Assembly: GCA_029260965.1 (NCBI GenBank)
Contig: JAJDCG010000001.1
Location: forward strand, 445,803 to 509,802
Source: Candidatus Levyibacteriota bacterium
GTDB lineage: Bacteria > Patescibacteriota > Microgenomatia > Levybacterales > UBA12049
DNA: 64,000 bases
Direction: 5' to 3'
Shown here: positions 55,602 through 64,000 of the stretch, piece by piece
Position numbering within the stretch: position 1 is the first letter of the stretch
Layout of the letters: each line of letters begins with the position of its first letter
Made by a program: the position numbers and the translations under genes
Notes under the pieces: model-generated
What the model saw: only the letters and a program-made list of their open reading frames with translations
Told to the model about the DNA's origin: nothing
Database searches by the model: none

Positions 55602-56794
55602 AGGGCGTTTCCTGGCTTGGTTTTCTTCGTGTTGCGATACGTGGAGTTTCATATGTTAGGATTGCTATATTAGCGCGTCTTTTGACTCCTCTTCAGTTCG
55701 GCATTTCTGATATCGCACTTTTAGTATTAGGAATAACTGAGATATTTACTGAGACAGGCATAAATCTTTTTCTTATTCAGCAAAAAGAAAAAATAGATAA
55801 ATATATAAATACTGCCTGGATAATTTCCCTTGTCAGAGGATTTATTATATCAATTCTTATTTTATTGAGCGTAAAGGTGGTTGCAGATTTTTTTAATAAT
55901 CCTTCTGTTGTGCAGTTTCTAGTACTAACAGCAGTAATTCCAATTGTTCGAGGGACAATAAACCCATCAGTGGTTAAGTTGGTTAAGGATTTAAATTTTA
56001 AAAAAGAGTTTTTTTATAGATCTTTAATATTTTTTGTAGAGGTCCTTGTGAGTGTGTATCTCGCTTTTAAGATGAAATCAGCAATTGCAATAATTGCTGG
56101 AGTTTTGGCAGGAGCAGTAGTTGAGAGCATTGTTTCTTTTTTTATCATAAAACCACGACCCAGTTTTTCTTTCAAGCTCAGTATTTTTAATGAAATAGTA
56201 AAGAAGGGTAAATGGTTTACGGCTACAGGAATTTTCAGTTACCTCTATCACAATGGGGATAATGTAGCAGTTGGAAGAATGCTCGGTGCGTCATCGCTGG
56301 GTATATATCAAAGAGTATACAGCATATCAATTCTCCCCATTACAGAGGTTTCAGACGTGATTATGAAGGTTACATATGCTGTTTTCGTAAAAATATCATC
56401 AGACGTAAATAGGCTTAGAAGCGCATTTATTAAATCAATAGTCTCTGTAATTTTTCTGGTTGTTCCAATCGGACTCTTATTTTTTATTTTTCCAACAGAA
56501 ACAATACGTATTATCCTGGGTGAGCAATGGATCGGTGCATCAGAAGTTTTGAAAGTTCTTGCTGTATTTGGGGTACTGCGTGCGATATCTCTTTCTTCTG
56601 TTGCTCCCTTTTATGCGTTAAAAAGACAAGATCTCGTCACTAGAATTACATTTGTTTCATTTGTTGGTTTGGTTGTAACAATTGTTCCTTTTGTTTCTAG
56701 GTGGGGTATAATTGGTGCTGCTTATTCTGCCTTGGTGGGTGTTGTTGTTGCGATTCCTTTGACGATCTACTACTTGTTTAAAATTTTGAAATGA
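55577..56794 (+). CDS. wzx: Wzx-type oligosaccharide flippase (MOP family)
   Basis: ILARLLTP..FG, D...VGRMLGA..LGIY, ILGEQW; multi-TM. Confidence 0.85.
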   Translation: MGYTKDTVKGVSWLGFLRVAIRGVSYVRIAILARLLTPLQFGISDIALLVLGITEIFTETGINLFLIQQKEKIDKYINTAWIISLVRGFIISILILLSVKVVADFFNNPSVVQFLVLTAVIPIVRGTINPSVVKLVKDLNFKKEFFYRSLIFFVEVLVSVYLAFKMKSAIAIIAGVLAGAVVESIVSFFIIKPRPSFSFKLSIFNEIVKKGKWFTATGIFSYLYHNGDNVAVGRMLGASSLGIYQRVYSISILPITEVSDVIMKVTYAVFVKISSDVNRLRSAFIKSIVSVIFLVVPIGLLFFIFPTETIRIILGEQWIGASEVLKVLAVFGVLRAISLSSVAPFYALKRQDLVTRITFVSFVGLVVTIVPFVSRWGIIGAAYSALVGVVVAIPLTIYYLFKILK

Positions 56795-57534
56795 TAAGTG
56801 TGGTAATTCTTACTAAAGATGAAGAAAAAAATATAAAGGACTGTATCAAGTCTGTTGAATGGTGCGACGAAATAATAGTTATCGATGATATCTCAACAGA
56901 CAAAACTGTGAGTATTGCAGAAAAAATGGGAGCCAAAGTTTATAAAAAAGATCTAGATAGTAATTTTTCTGCACAACGCAATATGGGGCTTAGCAAGGCA
57001 AAGGGCGATTGGGTTTTTTTTGTTGATGCAGATGAAAGGGTTTCTTCGGCGCTTTGGTATGAGATTATGGGAAGGACAACAAATCAACTCGACAATATAA
57101 AGGGATTTTATATAAAAAGATTAGATAACATGTGGGGTAGGAATTTAACTCATGGAGATACCAAGGGAGCAAAGTTTTTAAGGCTTGCAAAAAAAAGTGC
57201 TGGAGAATGGTTTGGTACAGTTCATGAAGAGTGGAGAATAGAAGGAGCAACAGCAACTCTAAACAATGTTTTAAATCACTTTCCTCACCAAAGTGTTGCT
57301 GGATTCATAAATGAAATAAATTTTTATTCCTCTCTACGGGCAAAAGAATTGCATAATAAAAATACAAAAGTTAATTTTTTTTCAATAGTATTGTATCCCA
57401 ATGCAAAATTTATAAAAGATTATGTTGTGCTTGGGGGATTTATGGATGGTCTACCTGGTTTTGTGCATGCGGTGCTTATGTCTATGCATTCTTTTTTGGT
57501 ACGTAGTAAGCTTTTTTTACTTCAGAATAAATAA
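56791..57534 (+). CDS. GT2 glycosyltransferase (KdtX/WaaE-like)
   Basis: ILTKDEE, FSAQRN, VDADE, VHE, GFMDG. Confidence 0.88.
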   Translation: MISVVILTKDEEKNIKDCIKSVEWCDEIIVIDDISTDKTVSIAEKMGAKVYKKDLDSNFSAQRNMGLSKAKGDWVFFVDADERVSSALWYEIMGRTTNQLDNIKGFYIKRLDNMWGRNLTHGDTKGAKFLRLAKKSAGEWFGTVHEEWRIEGATATLNNVLNHFPHQSVAGFINEINFYSSLRAKELHNKNTKVNFFSIVLYPNAKFIKDYVVLGGFMDGLPGFVHAVLMSMHSFLVRSKLFLLQNK

Positions 57535-57535
57535 T

Positions 57536-58738
57536 ATGAAATTTATTTGGATTCTTCTTGTAACAAGTATTTTATTAATAGTTTTTGGGGAACTAATAAG
57601 AATCGATTTTGGAAATGATATTTTTCTTAAACCACTCGACTTATTTGTGTCATTGACAGCCTTCTCATATTTAGGTTATAAAATTATTAAACGTGAACGA
57701 TTTCCAAAATCTGAACTGACTAAATCTATACTTATTTTTATCGGAGTAGCAATTGTTTCACTTTTGATTAATTCTTCGTATTTAACTGCAGATCAATTCC
57801 TGGTGGCATTTCTTTATTGGCTCCGTTTTACATCATTGTTAACTGTTTATTTTATAATACTTGATTTAGATATGAAAAGTTCTAAAAAAATACCTATTAT
57901 TTTATATCTAAGCGGTTTTATTTTGTTTTTGGGAGGAGTAGTGCAATATATTTTTTATCCGAATCTTAGAAATCTATATTATTTGGGTTGGGATGAGCAT
58001 AACTATAGATTGTTTTCTTCTTTTTTAGATCCAAATTTTGCAGGAGTTTCTTTGACTTTGTTTTTTGTATTTCTAAGCGTGATGATAAAAACATCAAGCA
58101 AATACAAATATTTACTTATAGCTGTTGCAGTATTGACCTTTGTATCAATTTTTCTAACCTATTCAAGAAGCGCTCTTTTGATGCTCGTTACAATTATTGT
58201 CACCTACCTGTTGTTGGTTAATAAAAAAAGATGGATATTTAGTTTTATTATATTTGCTACAATTGGCATGGTGCTTATTTCTTCGACTTTTACGACTGAA
58301 AATACTAATCTTTTTAGAACAACATCAAGTTTTGCGCGTATTGATTCATACAAAAAAGCAATCGATACTGTTATTGAATATCCTGTTTTTGGAGTAGGAT
58401 TCAATGCATATAGGTATCTACAGGTAGGTGGCGTTTCTAGCGTTACGAAGTCAAAATATCAAGACCATGCAGGCTCAGGTGTAGATAGTAGTCTTTTATT
58501 TGTTGCAGCAACCACTGGGATTGTTGGGTTCGTTGCGTATGTTTACCTCTGGTATAAGATAATTAAAAATGCATTTTCTATCTATTACAGATATACCAGT
58601 AGATTATCATTGATTGTAATTTGTTCTTGTATTGGGTTATTGGTTAATTCTTTGTTTATCAATAGCCTTTTTTATCCGCCAGTTCTGCTCTGGTTGTGGG
58701 TAGTTGTTGGATTAATGGACAAAGAATTCCGAAATTAA
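57536..58738 (+). CDS. O-antigen ligase/polymerase-like (Wzy_C) membrane protein
   Basis: Start placed at MKFIW; RLFSSFLDPN, TYSRSA, PVFGVGFN, DSSLL..ATTGIVG. Confidence 0.82.
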   Translation: MKFIWILLVTSILLIVFGELIRIDFGNDIFLKPLDLFVSLTAFSYLGYKIIKRERFPKSELTKSILIFIGVAIVSLLINSSYLTADQFLVAFLYWLRFTSLLTVYFIILDLDMKSSKKIPIILYLSGFILFLGGVVQYIFYPNLRNLYYLGWDEHNYRLFSSFLDPNFAGVSLTLFFVFLSVMIKTSSKYKYLLIAVAVLTFVSIFLTYSRSALLMLVTIIVTYLLLVNKKRWIFSFIIFATIGMVLISSTFTTENTNLFRTTSSFARIDSYKKAIDTVIEYPVFGVGFNAYRYLQVGGVSSVTKSKYQDHAGSGVDSSLLFVAATTGIVGFVAYVYLWYKIIKNAFSIYYRYTSRLSLIVICSCIGLLVNSLFINSLFYPPVLLWLWVVVGLMDKEFRN

Positions 58739-58739
58739 G

Positions 58740-59441
58740 TTATTCGATCTCAACTCTTATTTCTTTTAGAGTCTCATTGCCAGCTTCATCAGTTGCGACA
58801 ATTCTAAGCGTATTGTTGTCGTCCTTGAGATTGTAAGCATAGGTGAATTTGCCATCATTGTCTGATATTGCCCAAAAACCATTCACAGTTACTTTTACTC
58901 CTTGATCGCTTTGGCCACTTACTGTAATGGGGCTTTGGTCTTTTTTGAATTTTTGTCCGTCTGATGGTTCTTGTATTTCTAGTTTTGGTGGATCGTTGAG
59001 ATATTTGATTTTGACAATTTTTGAAAAATTGCTTTCATCACCATTTTTCATAATACTACGTGCTTCGATATCATTTTCACCTTTTGATAGAGATACTGAT
59101 AAGAAAGTAAAAATGTTACCTTCTTTTAAAGAAGTTTTTTCAACTTTTTTTCCATTTACATACAATGCTACTGCTGATGCTTCTCCAGGCGAGTAACCAG
59201 TTATGTCAATTGTTTCTTCTTTGGTAGCAGCCGGAAGTGGATCTATGACTGGCGGGGCAATATAGTCAACTGTGGTTGTTTCTATACTTGTGTCATTTGA
59301 TCCTTGGAAAAAAACGATTACTGAACTGAGTCCGATTAGGAGTTTTGTTCCAAAAAATCCAAGTAAGGCAATTATCAGGATAATTCCAATTATAGCTTTT
59401 TTATTCTGTTTTTTTATACTCGTTTTTGCACGCGATCTCAT
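58740..59441 (-). CDS. Membrane-anchored protein with two Ig-like domains
   Basis: N-terminal TM; LYVNG, GENDIEA, PPKLEIQEP.DG, VTVNG, ATDEAGN. Confidence 0.78.
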   Translation of the reverse strand: MRSRAKTSIKKQNKKAIIGIILIIALLGFFGTKLLIGLSSVIVFFQGSNDTSIETTTVDYIAPPVIDPLPAATKEETIDITGYSPGEASAVALYVNGKKVEKTSLKEGNIFTFLSVSLSKGENDIEARSIMKNGDESNFSKIVKIKYLNDPPKLEIQEPSDGQKFKKDQSPITVSGQSDQGVKVTVNGFWAISDNDGKFTYAYNLKDDNNTLRIVATDEAGNETLKEIRVEIE

Positions 59442-59645
59442 CAGCATTATTGTAGCAAATTTTGATCAAATTTGACATATTGATTAAACAGCACTTGGGA
59501 TATTTTTAAAAAACATTATTAAAAGTAGGAAGAACTATCAATATTCCTGTCATCTATTTATGTTTGAGTTGAAGAGCAAAACGTAATGTTAATTAGATAT
59601 GCAAAATAATCTTTTAGTTGTTATTTTTGACAAGGGCTTGTTGGG

Positions 59646-59718
59646 AGCCAGCAGTGGGAATCGAACCCACGACCTCTGCTTTACGAAAGCATTGCTCTAC
59701 CGACTGAGCTATGCTGGC
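59646..59718 (-). tRNA. tRNA-Thr(CGT)
   Basis: GCCAGCA/TGCTGGC acceptor stem, TAGCTCAGTCGGTAGAGC D arm, loop TTCGTAA, GGTTCGATTCC T arm; 73 nt; followed by CCCA, so CCA is not encoded. Promoter TTGCCA-17-TAGAAT upstream. Confidence 0.95.
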
Positions 59719-59771
59719 AAGTAGTTGTATTCTATTTAAATTTTAATAGATTGGCAAATTGAATTAGTGGA

Positions 59772-59791
59772 TCCCAATAATTTTATTGGGA
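59772..59791. repeat. Palindrome downstream of atpC (terminator-like or REP-like)
   Basis: TCCCAATAA-tt-TTATTGGGA perfect inverted repeat. Confidence 0.55.
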
Positions 59792-59814
59792 ATGATACTA
59801 GAAATACGAAGAGC

Positions 59815-60234
59815 TTATCTATTGTGACGTTTTTTGTGTGATCCTGCGATATGGAGATCAAGAAGCGCACGTCTAAGCTCAGCTTGAGCTTGTCTGAGAT
59901 CTTCCTGGGGGAGTTGGTCTGCTTTGTTTTTGATTATCTCCTCAGCTCTTTTCTTGGCAGCCTCAGCGACTTGAGTGTTGACTTCATCAGCCTGAGCTGC
60001 GTAATCTGCCAGAATTGTTATTTGGCTGTCTTTTACTTCAAGAAATCCACCCGTTAAGCCAAAAAGTTTTTCTCTATCTTTTATTTTTATTATAAGTTCA
60101 CCATCTGTAAGTGATGTTACTAGATTAATATGATGGGGAAGTATACCAATTTGTCCATTTAGGGTAGGTGCAAGTACTTCCTCAACCTCACCGTTAAATA
60201 CTGATTTTTCAGGAGTGATTATTTGTAAATACAT
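59815..60234 (-). CDS. atpC: ATP synthase F1 epsilon subunit
   Basis: LQIITPEK, GQIGILPHH, GGFLEV, ILAD. Confidence 0.95.
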   Translation of the reverse strand: MYLQIITPEKSVFNGEVEEVLAPTLNGQIGILPHHINLVTSLTDGELIIKIKDREKLFGLTGGFLEVKDSQITILADYAAQADEVNTQVAEAAKKRAEEIIKNKADQLPQEDLRQAQAELRRALLDLHIAGSHKKRHNR

Positions 60235-60285
60235 ACGTGCGTGTTAAGTATTGTAGCGAATGCTTGATATATTTTGTTCTTTATA

Positions 60286-62545
<2,260 letters not shown>

Positions 62546-62580
62546 AATCTTATTTTTAGTTTTTAATTGTTAGTACTTAT

Positions 62581-62607
62581 TTGCTTGTGATTGCTGGGCA
62601 CGAGCAA
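62581..62607. other. Intergenic hairpin between atpA and atpG
   Basis: TTGCTTGTG / CACGAGCAA 9-bp stem with one mismatch or wobble, next to a degenerate 7-mer tract at about 62554-62588. Confidence 0.45.
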
Positions 62608-64000
62608 TTATTTAAACCCTTTTTTAAACTCGCTTACTATTTTTTCCAGCTCACCAAGAGTTTTTTCGTCAGGTTTGTCGCCTGTGTCCAATTTTTCTAT
62701 TAGCTTACCAGCATGTGTTTTGACATATTCATGAAGCTCCGCTTCAAAACGACCCACTTCTTCAACTGGTATTTCATCAAGAAAACCATTTGTAACAGAC
62801 CAGATGCTGACAATCTCAAGACTTTCTGGAAGGGGAGAGTATTGTGGTTGTTTAAGAATCTCTACTGATCTTTTACCGCGTTCAAGCTGCTTGGTTGTTG
62901 ACTCATCTAGTTCTGAACCAAATTGTGCAAAAGCAGCAAGGGAGTTGTATTGAGCAAGTTCAAGCCTAAGCTTGCCTGATACAGATTTGATTGCTTTTGT
63001 TTGGGCTGCACCACCTACACGTGATACAGAATTTCCTGGATTTATAGCAGGACGAATTCCTAGGTTGAAAAGGTCAGGTTGGAGATAAATCTGTCCATCA
63101 GTGATAGAGATAACATTTGTTGGGATATAGGCTGAAATATCGCTTGCCTGTGTTTCGATAATTGGAAGTGCAGTTATGGATCCTCCACCATTTTTATCAT
63201 TCAGCCTTACTGCTCGCTCAAGAAGGCGAGAGTGAAGATAAAAAATGTCTCCAGGGTATGCTTCGCGTCCTGCCGGCCGTTTAAGAACAAGAGAAAGCTG
63301 ACGGTAAGCCCAAGCGTGTTTTGTAAGATCGTCATAGACTATTAATACATCCTCTCCCTTTTCCATAAAATATTCTCCGATCGAAACTGCTGCGTATGGA
63401 GCTAAATATTGCATGGATGCAGGATCAGATGCGCCTGCAACTACAACTATGGTGTAATCAAGTGCCTTTTCTGCCTTGAGTTTATCAACGACTTGTGAAA
63501 CAGTACTTTGTTTTTGGCCAATTGCTGCATAAATACAAATAACTCTTTTCTTACCTTTGACTTTCCTTTTTTGGTTAATGATTGTATCTACTGCAATTGC
63601 TGTTTTTCCCAATCCGCGATCTCCTATAATTAGCTGTCTTTGTCCGCGTCCAATTGGTATCATCGCATCTATTGCCTTAATTCCAGTTTTGAGAGGTGTA
63701 TCAACAGGTTGGCGTTCTATCACACCTGCAGCGATTTTCTCAAGGGGCATTGGTTTACCTTTTTTGATTTTCGGTCTCCCATCTAGTGGATTTCCTATGG
63801 TATCTATAACTCGCCCTAGAAGATCTTCTCCCGCATCAATGCTCAAAAGTTTTCCAGTACTTTTTACTTTATCACCTTCCCTGATATTTGTTCCCCCCTC
63901 TAGAAGTGAGATAGAAACACTATCTTCAGAAAGGTTTAACACAACACCACGTTCTCCCATGGTAAATTCTACCATTTCTCCCATCTGAACTCTGGCGAGA
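62608..64000 (-). CDS. atpA: ATP synthase F1 alpha subunit (5' end outside window)
   Basis: [28 protein letters not shown]. Confidence 0.97.
   Translation of the reverse strand, partial: LARVQMGEMVEFTMGERGVVLNLSEDSVSISLLEGGTNIREGDKVKSTGKLLSIDAGEDLLGRVIDTIGNPLDGRPKIKKGKPMPLEKIAAGVIERQPVDTPLKTGIKAIDAMIPIGRGQRQLIIGDRGLGKTAIAVDTIINQKRKVKGKKRVICIYAAIGQKQSTVSQVVDKLKAEKALDYTIVVVAGASDPASMQYLAPYAAVSIGEYFMEKGEDVLIVYDDLTKHAWAYRQLSLVLKRPAGREAYPGDIFYLHSRLLERAVRLNDKNGGGSITALPIIETQASDISAYIPTNVISITDGQIYLQPDLFNLGIRPAINPGNSVSRVGGAAQTKAIKSVSGKLRLELAQYNSLAAFAQFGSELDESTTKQLERGKRSVEILKQPQYSPLPESLEIVSIWSVTNGFLDEIPVEEVGRFEAELHEYVKTHAGKLIEKLDTGDKPDEKTLGELEKIVSEFKKGFK

Noticed and set aside
59450-59645. Integrated element at tRNA-Thr
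   Set aside because: No integrase and no duplicated tRNA 3' end noticed in the window.

Overview
AT-rich bacterial chromosome segment, most consistent with a Patescibacteria/CPR (Microgenomates-like) organism. This is inferred from gene content and compactness, not from a search. In order, it holds: an exported Kelch + M23 peptidase + Ig-like protein; a ~17 kb surface-glycan locus (GT2/GT4/GT-C, a Wzy_C+GT-C fusion, manC, priming transferase, DUF4012); recO and alpha2-type glycyl-tRNA synthetase; an orphan gene and an IS30-like remnant; a dcw cluster from mraZ to ftsZ; a small accessory island (APH-family kinase, a P-loop/HEPN deletion scar, a GHKL ATPase fused to a PD-(D/E)XK nuclease, a promoter-driven structured RNA candidate, an orphan histidine kinase); ileS, rodA, rplU, rpmA, parB, lepB; a second glycan locus; tRNA-Thr(CGT); and atpC/D/G/A. 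The most notable signals are: (1) a family of 7-nt tandem-repeat tracts in intergenic DNA and in protein linkers, one of which, (AAATTTC)4, frameshifts murG and is itself a -1 slippery heptamer; (2) the single-gene GHKL-nuclease defence candidate with an adjacent RNA candidate; (3) widespread apparent leaderless transcription; (4) a non-canonical HYGS signature motif in IleRS. No rRNA or CRISPR array was seen. Family calls come from motif recognition by eye; no database search was run.
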